Positions 19,196-28,672 of a stretch of DNA of 64,000 nt are shown piece after piece. The position numbers were made by a program, and so were the translations under genes. The number at the start of each line of letters is the position of its first letter. Within the stretch, counting starts at the first letter, position 1. The notes below the pieces were generated by a model. That model worked only from the letters and a program-made list of their open reading frames with translations. It was not told the origin of the DNA and made no database searches. Source of the DNA: an uncultured Acidobacteriota bacterium (lineage in GTDB: Bacteria; Acidobacteriota; Terriglobia; UBA7540); contig CAWDSK010000006.1 in NCBI GenBank assembly GCA_963804995.1, positions 1,024,001 to 1,088,000 on the forward strand, written 5' to 3'.

Positions 19196-19340
19196 CCCAC
19201 TTAGAAGGCCTACCAAAAACGGGATATCGCCTTGACAAAATGTCCTACAGAAAAAGACCTCCTTCCTCGTCCCGGGCCCACCGTTAAGCCGCTTTCAACT
19301 ATCTAACTGGGCTACATTGGTTCGCCCCGCCGCAGCGGGT

Positions 19341-20068
19341 TCTCCCATATCGGTTATCGGTAGGATCGACACCAAGAATGAAGCATATTGAGTGGCCCGT
19401 AACAAGCGGCTTAACCCCTCACCCGCCCCGGCTGGTGAAAACGCCGGCTGCGGTCCACCCTCTCCCCTCGGAGAGGGCTATGCGTTTTCGGCTTGGTCCG
19501 ATGAGGCCTTGACCCGATGGCCCATGCCCCCCACCGACCCCCAAGCCCGGCGTGGCACACCTCCCCGTATCGGTTATCGGTAGGTTGACATCCAAACCTG
19601 AGCCAAAGTTCGGCTGGAAGTTTGACTATCACCAATTCACCCAATCGCGAAATCACTCAATGACCCGATGATCCGATGACTCAATGGCCCGATCACTCGA
19701 TCGCCGGATCTCCCGAGCTCCCGATTATCTCCCCCGCCGCGACACACTTCCCCGTTTCGGTTATCGGTGGTGTCAGGTAAGAAGATGAATCAAATGTTCA
19801 CTTCGGAAATCGGGAATCGCAAATCACAATTCGCAAATTCCAAATCCGCCGGACTGCCACACCAATCCAAAATCCGGAATCCAAAATTGCCGGACTGCCC
19901 CAGGCGCCAATTGCCCCCTCACCGACCTCCCCCCCGCCGTGACACACTTTCCCATATCGGTTATCGGTAGGTTGACATCCAAACCTGAGCCAAAATTCGG
20001 CTGGAAGTTTGACAATCACCAATTCACCCAATCGCGAAATCACTCAATGACCCGATGATCCGATCACC
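19341..20068. repeat. Four-copy CCC(A/G)T(A/T)TCGGTTATCGGT array including a ~130-bp near-identical duplication
   Basis: TTATCGGT cores at 19354, 19574, 19761 and 19961; 19551-19680 matches 19938-20068. Confidence 0.85.
19413..19480 (+). repeat. REP-A family (AACCCCTCACCC...CCCTCTCCCC-N-GGAGAGGG)
   Basis: Other copies at 20139-20211(-), 32006-32076(+), 44109-44181(+), 52385-52457(-), 52541-52613(-), 53487-53623(-) and 55097-55254(-). Confidence 0.85.
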
Positions 20069-20426
20069 CGAAACACTTGGGGCGCCGCCGCTCTTCGCTA
20101 CTTACTTGCTCAACCCCGCGGGATAGAAATTGAATTCCTAGCCCTCTCCGGGGGGAGAGGGTGGACCGCCGCCGGCGTATTCACCGGCCGGGGCGGGACG
20201 GGTGAGGGGTTGCTTCGCCACCCGATGAGCGGACTAGCACCCAGCTACGCAACCGGCGGTGCCCTTGCTCGTTTGGTTGCGGCTCCGCCGTGCTGGGCTG
20301 CCTTTCCCGATTAATTGGGACTCGCACCAAACGCTCGCTGCCTTCTGCTTACTGCTTTCTGCCTTCCGTCCTTCCGCGCCCTCCCCTTGCCTGACGCAGC
20401 TATTCTCGTCTATAGTGCGGGTTCAC

Positions 20427-21977
20427 ATGACCTTCCAACAAAAAGTCGAAGAATTGCGGCGGCGGCACGCCCAGGCGGAAGCCGGTGGCGGTGAGGAGCG
20501 CCGCGCCCGGGAGCACGCCGAGGGGAAACTATCGGCGCGTGAGCGGGTCGACCTACTCTTTGACGAAGGCAGCTTCGAAGAGCTCGACAAGCTGGTCGAG
20601 CATCGTTGCCAGGACTTCGGCATGGGTGAGCAGCGCATTCCGGGCGACGGAGTGGTCTCCGGTTACGGGCAAATCAACGGGCGCCTGGCCTACGCCTTCG
20701 CCCAGGACTTCACCGTGTTCGGCGGGTCGCTCAGTGAAGCTAACGCCGGCAAAATCTGCAAGGTGATGGACCTGGCCATGAAAGTCGGGGCGCCGATTGT
20801 GGGCTTGAACGATTCCGGCGGGGCGCGCATCCAGGAGGGCGTGGCGTCGCTCGCGGGCTACGCGGACATTTTCCTGCGCAATACGCTCGCCTCCGGCGTC
20901 ATTCCGCAGATTTCCGCCGTCCTGGGCCCCTGCGCCGGGGGAGCGGTTTATTCTCCTGCCATTACCGATTTCACGATTATGGTGAAGGATCACAGCTACA
21001 TGTTTGTGACGGGACCGGAAGTCATCAAGACCGTCATGCACGAAGATGTGACCATGGAGGACCTGGGCGGGCCCCTGACCCACAACGCCCGGAGCGGTGT
21101 GGCGCACTTCCTGGCGCGCGACGACGCGGACGCCCTGGCGCTCATCCGTGAGTTGCTCAGCTTCATACCGCAGAACAATCTGGAAGACCCGCCGCGCGTC
21201 GAAACCCAGGACCCCGCCGACCGGCGCGACGAGACGCTTGATAAGCTTGTGCCGGCGGAGCCTGATCAGCCCTACGACATCAAGGAAATCTTTACGCGCG
21301 TCGTGGACGACGGCTACTTTGTGGAGGTTCACGAGCACTTTGCCAAGAACCTGGTGGTGGGCTTCGCGCGACTGGGTGGACAAGCGGTGGGCATCGTCGC
21401 CAATCAGCCTGCGGTCCTCGCCGGCTGCCTGGACATCAACGCCTCCGTCAAGGGCGCGCGCTTTGTGCGCTTCTGCGACGCCTTCAATATTCCGCTCATC
21501 ACCTTTGAAGACGTCCCCGGATTCCTACCCGGCGCCCAGCAGGAGTACGGCGGCATCATCCGCCACGGCGCCAAGCTGCTGTTCGCTTACGCGGAAGCGA
21601 CCGTGCCCAAAATCACCGTCATCACCCGCAAAGCCTACGGCGGCGCCTATTGCGTCATGGCGTCCAAACACCTCCGCACCGACGTGAACCTGGCCTACCC
21701 CACGGCGGAGATCGCCGTTATGGGCCCCGAGGGTGCGGTGAATATCGTCTATCGGCGCGAATTGCAAAAAGCCGAAGACCCGGAAAAACTGCGCCGCGAA
21801 AAAGTGGAAGAATTTCGCGACTACTTCGCTAATCCCTACGTCGCGGCCGAACGTGGCTGGATCGACGCCGTCATCGAGCCGCGCGACACCCGTCCCAGAT
21901 TGATTGCCGCCCTGCGTATGCTCGAAACCAAGCGTGACATTATGCCCGCCAAGAAGCACGGGAATGTCCCACTTTAA
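20427..21977 (+). CDS. Acyl-CoA carboxylase carboxyltransferase subunit (PccB/MmdA-like)
   Basis: [20 protein letters not shown] and DVPGFLPG motifs; ATG at 20427. Confidence 0.95.
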   Translation: MTFQQKVEELRRRHAQAEAGGGEERRAREHAEGKLSARERVDLLFDEGSFEELDKLVEHRCQDFGMGEQRIPGDGVVSGYGQINGRLAYAFAQDFTVFGGSLSEANAGKICKVMDLAMKVGAPIVGLNDSGGARIQEGVASLAGYADIFLRNTLASGVIPQISAVLGPCAGGAVYSPAITDFTIMVKDHSYMFVTGPEVIKTVMHEDVTMEDLGGPLTHNARSGVAHFLARDDADALALIRELLSFIPQNNLEDPPRVETQDPADRRDETLDKLVPAEPDQPYDIKEIFTRVVDDGYFVEVHEHFAKNLVVGFARLGGQAVGIVANQPAVLAGCLDINASVKGARFVRFCDAFNIPLITFEDVPGFLPGAQQEYGGIIRHGAKLLFAYAEATVPKITVITRKAYGGAYCVMASKHLRTDVNLAYPTAEIAVMGPEGAVNIVYRRELQKAEDPEKLRREKVEEFRDYFANPYVAAERGWIDAVIEPRDTRPRLIAALRMLETKRDIMPAKKHGNVPL

Positions 21978-22106
21978 CGCCGTAGCGGGGCGTAGCGGGC
22001 CTTGTCCCACCTAATTTCGCCAAGGGGCGAATCGGCGGTCGTCCCAGAATTTGGGTATAATCGGCAAAGCCGTAGCAGGGTAAAGACACTAAGTTTGAGG
22101 AGACCG

Positions 22107-23633
22107 GTGTTCCGCAAGATTCTGATCGCCAATCGCGGGGAGATCGCCGTGCGCGTGATGCGCGCCTGCCGCGAAATGAATATCCGCACCGTCGCGGTGT
22201 TTTCGAAAGTGGATCGCAAATCGCTGCACGTGCGCTACGCTGACGAAGCGTATGCGATTGGCCCGGCGCCTTCCACTGAAAGTTACCTGCGCATCGACCG
22301 CATTCTTGACGCGGCGCGGCGAAGTGGCGCGGAAGCTGTGCATCCCGGCTACGGTTTCTTGGCGGAGAACCCCGAGTTTGCGCGCGCCTGTGAGGACGCG
22401 GGCGTTGTTTTCATCGGGCCGCCCGTGAGCGCCATGGAGTTGATGGGATCAAAAACTGCCGCGCGCCACGCACTGATTAAAGCAGGGTTGCCGGTGGTCC
22501 CGGGCGCCGATCACAACCTCGAGAGCTTTGCGGAAGTCGCGCGGATTGCGGCTGAAATCGGGTTCCCCGTCATGTTGAAAGCCTCAGCAGGAGGAGGCGG
22601 CAAAGGACTGCGATTGGTGTGGAAGGAGTCGGACCTCAAATCCGCCTACGGCACGGCGCGGTCCGAAGCCCAGAACGCCTTCAACGAGGCGTCGGTCTAC
22701 CTGGAGAAATACATCGAGCATCCACGCCACGTGGAAATCCAGATTCTCGGCGACCGGCAGGGCAACTTGATTCATCTGGGCGAGCGCGAGTGCTCACTGC
22801 AACGGCGCCACCAGAAAGTGGTGGAGGAATGCCCCTCCCCCGCTGTCGATGAAGACCTGCGCCGGCAGATGGGCGAGACGGCCGTGCGCATCGGCAAACT
22901 CGCAGGCTACTGGAACGCCGGAACGGTAGAGTTCCTGCTCGATGAAAACGGAAATTACTATTTCCTGGAGATGAACACCCGCCTGCAGGTGGAGCACCCG
23001 GTCACGGAGTTGGTGGTCGGGATTGACCTTGTGAAAGAACAAATCAAGATTGCAGCGGGCGGAGAACTGGCTTGGAAACAAGAAGACGTACGTCTGCGTG
23101 GAGTGGCAATCGAGTGCCGCATTTACGCCGAAGACCCCGCCAATAATTTCTTTCCATCGCCAGGACTCATCACGCGCTTGCAGGTACCGGCGGGACCGGG
23201 TGTGCGGCGCGACAGTGGGGTGTATGAAGGCTGGCGGGTCCCACTCGAATACGACCCCTTGCTCTCGAAGTTGGCCGTGTGGGCGCCCGATCGCGAGGCA
23301 GCCATCGCACGCTTGCGGCGGGCGTTGGGTGAGTACGAGATTCAGGGCATCTGCACGAATATTCCCTTCTTCCGCCGGATTATGGAGCATCCGGATTTCC
23401 TGGCGGCCCGGCTAGACACCCGATTCATCGATCGCGTACTGGCCGCCGGCTTGATGGAGGATGAGCCAGCGTCAGAGGCAGAAGAGCACGTGGCCATGCT
23501 CGCGGCGCTACTACATGTAGAGCAGCACGGCGAGGCACGGCCGCTGCGCGCGTCGGCGGGCCAGGGGTGGAAACAAGCGGGGCGGCGTAATCTGCTCAAT
23601 CGCCAACCCCGGCGCGGGGCTAAGGGGAACTGA
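22107..23633 (+). CDS. accC: Biotin carboxylase subunit
   Basis: KILIANRGEIA, HPGYGFLAEN and EMNTRLQVEHPVTE; GTG at 22107 after GAGGAG. Confidence 0.95.
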   Translation: MFRKILIANRGEIAVRVMRACREMNIRTVAVFSKVDRKSLHVRYADEAYAIGPAPSTESYLRIDRILDAARRSGAEAVHPGYGFLAENPEFARACEDAGVVFIGPPVSAMELMGSKTAARHALIKAGLPVVPGADHNLESFAEVARIAAEIGFPVMLKASAGGGGKGLRLVWKESDLKSAYGTARSEAQNAFNEASVYLEKYIEHPRHVEIQILGDRQGNLIHLGERECSLQRRHQKVVEECPSPAVDEDLRRQMGETAVRIGKLAGYWNAGTVEFLLDENGNYYFLEMNTRLQVEHPVTELVVGIDLVKEQIKIAAGGELAWKQEDVRLRGVAIECRIYAEDPANNFFPSPGLITRLQVPAGPGVRRDSGVYEGWRVPLEYDPLLSKLAVWAPDREAAIARLRRALGEYEIQGICTNIPFFRRIMEHPDFLAARLDTRFIDRVLAAGLMEDEPASEAEEHVAMLAALLHVEQHGEARPLRASAGQGWKQAGRRNLLNRQPRRGAKGN

Positions 23634-24169
23634 TGAAATTCACGGTGCGCCTTCACCGCGGTTCCAAGGTCGTGGAGCATGAATTGGAACTGGCGGCACA
23701 CCCAACGACGGTCGGCCTAAGGCATTTTCGAGTCGATGGCAAAAGTGTCGAGGCGCATTGCGAGGAAATCTCACCGGGGGCCTACTCACTGTTGGTGGAC
23801 GGGCGGTCGTACGAAGCGCAGGTCTCTCAACAATCCGGGGATGGACCGGGACTTGCGAGCCCTTACGTCATCACAGTCGGGCTGCGGCGTTACCGTGTGG
23901 AACTACGCGACCCACGCCGCTGGCGCCGCGCGGGGTCCGCCGTCGAGGCGGAAGGTCCGCAAGAAATCATGGCGCCCATGCCAGGCAAAGTTGTGAAGTT
24001 GCTCGTCAGGGAAAACCAGGAGGTCAAGCGCGACCAGGGCCTGCTGGTGATCGAAGCGATGAAAATGCAGAACGAGCTGCGCGCACCTCGCACCGGGCGA
24101 GTAGAGCGAATTTACGTGGTGGAGGGTCGCGGCGTGGAAACAGGTGTGCGCTTACTGCGATTGGTGTGA
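23633..24169 (+). CDS. Biotin carboxyl carrier protein
   Basis: APMPGKV and EAMKM motifs; TGATG overlap with accC. Confidence 0.93.
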   Translation: MKFTVRLHRGSKVVEHELELAAHPTTVGLRHFRVDGKSVEAHCEEISPGAYSLLVDGRSYEAQVSQQSGDGPGLASPYVITVGLRRYRVELRDPRRWRRAGSAVEAEGPQEIMAPMPGKVVKLLVRENQEVKRDQGLLVIEAMKMQNELRAPRTGRVERIYVVEGRGVETGVRLLRLV

Positions 24170-24364
24170 GGTGCAAAGTGGTAAGCGCAGCGCCGTGGAA
24201 CCGCAAACGAAAAGTCAGTGGACAAAAAAGGGCATGCGGGGAATTTGGTGGGACAACGCGTGCTGGGGTGTTCTCCGAGTGACAACTGGGACGGTTTTCA
24301 CGATCACAAAATGTCGCTGGCCTGCGACCTTCAAGGAGGCCCCCAGGCGATGCCGAGCCCCACT

Positions 24365-24524
24365 CCCCATAGGCGTTAATATAGGCGCCGAATTGCTCTC
24401 GCGAGATTAGGGTGCATTTTTCGAAAACAAGCCCACGTTGCGGAAACTTCCCTGGGTAGGCGACTGCACGTCAAACTGAGCACGCGCATGGTTTCGGGTG
24501 CCAAGACTAACTTCCTCGAAGCGG
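24365..24524 (+). repeat. 160-bp direct repeat (copy at 58495-58659), possible IS4-family end remnant
   Basis: Near-identical copies; begins CCCCATAGGCGTTAA. Confidence 0.7.
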
Positions 24525-24705
24525 CTTCGGGACCGGAATAACTTCCGAGCACCCCGTCATCCGCCCGGGACGGCTGCCGCAAGACCAACATCCACACATT
24601 GCTGATTAGAAACCGTTGAACTGACCGCCGCGACCTACTCTGTGGTTCCTTGGCTGTTCTCTTCCTCGAATGAGTAGAGGCGCTTCAGGGAAGCTAAAGG
24701 TACTG

Positions 24706-24748
24706 TTGCACCATTAGAAAATTGGGTGTACTATACATTTGTTTAGTA
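24706..24748 (+). promoter_or_regulatory. Sigma70 promoter and overlapping palindromic operator of the lexA-like gene
   Basis: TTGCAC-N17-TACTAT; imperfect palindrome TACTATACA-TT-TGTTTAGTA from the -10 box to the ATG. Confidence 0.65.
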
Positions 24749-25350
24749 TGCCGAGCGACCTAACAGATGCGCAGCGGGAAGTATGGCTTTTCCTTAACGA
24801 GCGAATGGAGGTAGGCGAACCATCCCCAACTTACCGCGAAATTTGTAAACGCTTTGGGTTTTCCAGTCCCAAGGCAGCTTTCGATCACGTTACAGCGCTA
24901 GAGAAGAAGGGGTATGTGATGAGGGGAAAGGGCGCTCGGAACCTGCGTTTGCTGCGCAGAATCGCGGGTATACCGTTGCTTGCCCGCATTCCTGCTGGAT
25001 TTGCCGACGAAGCATTGACAACAGCCGATGTACGCCTTAATCTTGACCCGCAGTTTTGCGGCATTCGGGATCGCTCGCGGGCTTTCGCGCTACGCGTTGC
25101 AGGCGATTCGATGACTGGCCGTCGAATTTTCGATGGCGATATTGTGCTATTCGACAATCCGGCTGATGTCCGGGACGGCGATATCGTGGCCGCGCTGATC
25201 GACAACCAATCCACCCTGAAGACCTTGGTGCATAAAGGGGGGAAGGCTTGGCTCCGGGCCGAAAATCCCAATTACCCCGACTTGATTCCATTGCTGGACT
25301 TACAGGTCCAGGGTGTCGTTCGCGCCGTAATCCGGCTGATGAATCCATAA
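24748..25350 (+). CDS. lexA: LexA-family repressor (winged HTH + S24 peptidase)
   Basis: PTYREI...LEKKGY HTH, IPAG Ala-Gly cleavage site, GDSM Ser and TLK Lys. Confidence 0.9.
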   Translation: MPSDLTDAQREVWLFLNERMEVGEPSPTYREICKRFGFSSPKAAFDHVTALEKKGYVMRGKGARNLRLLRRIAGIPLLARIPAGFADEALTTADVRLNLDPQFCGIRDRSRAFALRVAGDSMTGRRIFDGDIVLFDNPADVRDGDIVAALIDNQSTLKTLVHKGGKAWLRAENPNYPDLIPLLDLQVQGVVRAVIRLMNP

Positions 25351-25417
25351 GCGGCAAGGCGTTCGATATCCATATCGTGGCCAGACGCAACCAGAGTGTG
25401 GGCTTGGAGAAAACAAC

Positions 25418-28051
25418 ATTTCTACCGTTCCGCTGACACCCAGTTCGATCCGTGATGCGCTCCGTGACTGCGGATATCGCACCGATTTACTTCGGAGCGA
25501 CTTTTCCTTCGGAGATGGCCAGGTCGTACCACTGGTAGGTTTTGCCCAGGCTCCTGAGGACTCTCGCTCAGCGTGCGTGGCTGTGCTCTCAACGTCGAAC
25601 GGCTCCCACTTGGCCGTACAGGAATGCAAACCTCTTGGGGCACCGCTCGTATTCGTGTGCTCACAGAATGCGCTCCAATGGTGGAAGCAAGGGGCCAATA
25701 AGCCAGAATTTTTGGAGACCGTCCCAGCAAACCAAATCGACGGATTTTTCCAGGGGCATCGGAAAGATTTCTCGCCCGAAGCTGTCTACCGGGCAAAGAC
25801 GTGGGGACGGTTTCAGACGGCATACCAGCTCAGTTTCGTGGACCTTGGGCTGATGCCTCTCGTCGAGGAACAGGTTGGCAAGTCTCTCGACCGACTTATC
25901 GATCAAAACGTTACCGCCGCTAAGATACGCCTCAATTGGGGGAAGATCACTGAAGAACAAGGCCGTTGGTTGCTCCAAACTGTTTTCTGGCTCGTTTCGG
26001 GGAAGATCCTCCGGGACAAGAAAGTTCCAGGTTTTGAAGACCTGAACTTGAATGACGTGGAACAGGTGTTTCGTAAATTGGCGGGGCATTACGACACGAA
26101 TCCGCTTAATGCTGGATCGGCGAAGGAGCTTGAGGCTCTATGTGAAGCGGCTCGTACCATTGACCAATTCAGCAGCTTGGTCCTCACTACGACCGAGTCA
26201 CTCGCCTACGTCTACGAGAACACGCTCATTTCAAAGAAGACACGATCATCCCTTGGAACACACAGCACGCCATCGTTTCTCGTTGACTACGTCGTGGGCA
26301 ATGTAGCCGAATGGGTGGCGGAGATTCCTCTGAGAAAAAGAAGCGTGTTTGAGCCAGCTTGCGGACACGCCGCATTCATGGTATCCGCAATGCGGTTGCT
26401 CACGGAATTGCTCCCGGTCGAGGAAGCGGTGCCGAGCCGGCGGCGCCAATATCTCCGAAGCCGTTTACATGGAAATGACATAGATGCATTTGCTCTTGAG
26501 CTGGCTCGCCTGTCGCTGACACTCACAGATATTCCAAATCCGGACGGATGGGATTTGAAACCGCAGGACATGTTTCTTGATAACCGCCTCGCCGAGCAGG
26601 CAAAGAGAAACACCATCTTGCTTGCTAACCCACCTTTTGACAACTTCACCCGGGAGGAGCAAGACTTCTATAGGGGGCGGAATTCACAGGTTCGCTTCTT
26701 CAATAAATCTGCCGAATTGGTGTGGCAGACAGTGCCGCAACTCCCTGAAGGGGGAGTCTTTGGTATCGTCCTCCCCCAAACCTTCTTGCACAGCAAGAAT
26801 GCCAAAGACCTTCGCGAGTTTCTTGTTCGCGAGTGCGAGATCAAGCAAATCTGCCTTTTCCCTGACGAGGTCTTCCCCTTCTCGGACGCTGAGTCGGCAG
26901 TTCTAGTGGGCCGCCGCAAGAAAGTTACTGGCCAGAACCGGGTTCTGTACCGCCGTATCCGCGAACGTCAATTTCAATCGTTCCGGTCAGACTATGTCGC
27001 CTCCACGTCGCGAACCGTTTCACAATCACGGTTTTCGCGCGATAAGTCGTTTTCCCTGCGGGTTCCTGAGTTAGAGGAGGTGTGGAGTGTATTTACGGAC
27101 AATCCGACGCTTGCGGACATCGCGGTGGTCGAACAAGGACTTATATATCACGGCGAACGCCAACGACACGGTAAGATTGCATACTCCCGGGACCGGTTTC
27201 CCCGTAGCCATCAAGGCTTTGCGCTGTTCGACCGCGATATTAACCTGCACCAGTTGCCTCAACGGTACTGGATGAACCTAGATTCGACAGTAATCCGCTG
27301 GGCAGGCACGCGAGCGGCCGGAGGAATTCCACAAGTCCTCCTTAACTATGCCCCTGTCAGCCGAGGCCCTTGGCGACTAAAGGCTCTGATTGATAAGCAG
27401 GGGCACCCCGTCACAAGCCGTTTCATCCCAGTACGACCAACGGCGTCTCCATATTCCCTCGAAACCCTTTGGGCGCTGCTTAACTCTCCGGTTGCGAATG
27501 CTTACGCGTTTTCGCATCTGGGAAAGCGCGACAACATCGTGGGTGATATCCGTAAGATACCGGTCCCCAAGCAGGGATCGTTTGAAGGGGTTACCCGTGC
27601 TGTGACTGCATATCTTGAAGTTGCCTCGTTGGAAACGGACCCGGCAGTGCTTCAGAAGCTTTTACTGCGGGTTGATTGCGAGGTTCTAAGGCTGTATTCA
27701 CTGCCACTCGAACTGGAGCAATCACTCCTTGCGATTTTCACCGGTTGGGAGCGCGTTGGCGTGCCGTTCAAGCAGACCAGGTACTTACCCAAGGAACTCG
27801 AGAATTCGGTGAGGTTTTCCGATTTTCTTCAGTTTGAGGAGGATTGGCCAACGACAAATCGCGAACGCGGCATCCTCATCGACAAGGAAATTTCGGGGAC
27901 GATCAGTGCAGAGGAGCAAATGCGTCTGGATGCATTGCAGGCCTACGCCGACTATCACGTCGACCAGGTTGCGCCAGAGCCTACATATGTGATAGATGAG
28001 CTCGAAAAGCGGCTATTTTCCGGCCTTCCAAAGAAAGACGGGGCTGCTTGA
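25418..28051 (+). CDS. Large gamma-class N6-adenine DNA methyltransferase (type IIG/Eco57I-like architecture); start probably ATT 25418, track start 25577
   Basis: GTHSTP (motif X), FEPACG (motif I), ANPPF (motif IV) and a C-terminal TRD-like region (LWALLNSPVANAY). Confidence 0.85.
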   Translation: MSTVPLTPSSIRDALRDCGYRTDLLRSDFSFGDGQVVPLVGFAQAPEDSRSACVAVLSTSNGSHLAVQECKPLGAPLVFVCSQNALQWWKQGANKPEFLETVPANQIDGFFQGHRKDFSPEAVYRAKTWGRFQTAYQLSFVDLGLMPLVEEQVGKSLDRLIDQNVTAAKIRLNWGKITEEQGRWLLQTVFWLVSGKILRDKKVPGFEDLNLNDVEQVFRKLAGHYDTNPLNAGSAKELEALCEAARTIDQFSSLVLTTTESLAYVYENTLISKKTRSSLGTHSTPSFLVDYVVGNVAEWVAEIPLRKRSVFEPACGHAAFMVSAMRLLTELLPVEEAVPSRRRQYLRSRLHGNDIDAFALELARLSLTLTDIPNPDGWDLKPQDMFLDNRLAEQAKRNTILLANPPFDNFTREEQDFYRGRNSQVRFFNKSAELVWQTVPQLPEGGVFGIVLPQTFLHSKNAKDLREFLVRECEIKQICLFPDEVFPFSDAESAVLVGRRKKVTGQNRVLYRRIRERQFQSFRSDYVASTSRTVSQSRFSRDKSFSLRVPELEEVWSVFTDNPTLADIAVVEQGLIYHGERQRHGKIAYSRDRFPRSHQGFALFDRDINLHQLPQRYWMNLDSTVIRWAGTRAAGGIPQVLLNYAPVSRGPWRLKALIDKQGHPVTSRFIPVRPTASPYSLETLWALLNSPVANAYAFSHLGKRDNIVGDIRKIPVPKQGSFEGVTRAVTAYLEVASLETDPAVLQKLLLRVDCEVLRLYSLPLELEQSLLAIFTGWERVGVPFKQTRYLPKELENSVRFSDFLQFEEDWPTTNRERGILIDKEISGTISAEEQMRLDALQAYADYHVDQVAPEPTYVIDELEKRLFSGLPKKDGAA

Positions 28052-28650
28052 TGGTCGGATTTGAATACCCAACTCAGCCCCACATCCGGCGGCACGGTCC
28101 TGCGGGGTACGAAGGCTACGAAAGCTATCGCGACTGGCTCCGCGATGAGTTTATGTTTCGATGCGTCTACTGCTTGCGCCGCGAACAGTGGTGCGAGCGT
28201 GACGCAACATTCCACATTGACCATTTCCTCCCGGTAAAGCATCACCCGGAGGAAGAATGTGAGTACTCGAATCTTCTTTATGCCTGTGCGACGTGCAATG
28301 AAGCAAAAAAGGCTGTGCTCAACGTTCCCAACCCATGCATAGTGGCGTTCCACGATTGCCTCCGCATCATAGCGGATGGTAGCGTTAAGGCCTTAAACGA
28401 CAATGGGAAGAAGCTCGCAAAGGCGCTGGGGCTGAACAAGCCCAGTAGGGTCGCATTCCGCTCACGTTGGATGCGAATGCTTGCGACGCTAGAGGCGAGT
28501 AACCCCGACCTCTACCGGGAGTTCATGGGATTCCCCGAGGACCTGCCCGACCTTCGCAAGAAGCAGGTCCCGACCAACACTAAGCCAGATGGAGCGGAAA
28601 ACTGCTACTTCGCCCTACGTGAGCGCGGTAAGCTGCCCCAGACATATTAG
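28051..28650 (+). CDS. HNH endonuclease
   Basis: RCVYC...IDHFLP...YSNLLYACATCNEAK; TGATG overlap with the MTase stop. Confidence 0.9.
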   Translation: MVGFEYPTQPHIRRHGPAGYEGYESYRDWLRDEFMFRCVYCLRREQWCERDATFHIDHFLPVKHHPEEECEYSNLLYACATCNEAKKAVLNVPNPCIVAFHDCLRIIADGSVKALNDNGKKLAKALGLNKPSRVAFRSRWMRMLATLEASNPDLYREFMGFPEDLPDLRKKQVPTNTKPDGAENCYFALRERGKLPQTY

Positions 28651-28672
28651 ACAGCCATTCCGGGTTTTGAAG

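Noticed and set aside
19341..20068. CRISPR or integron cassette array
   Set aside because: Spacing is ~200 bp and filled with other repeats; no cassette ORFs, attC-like structure, integrase or cas genes.
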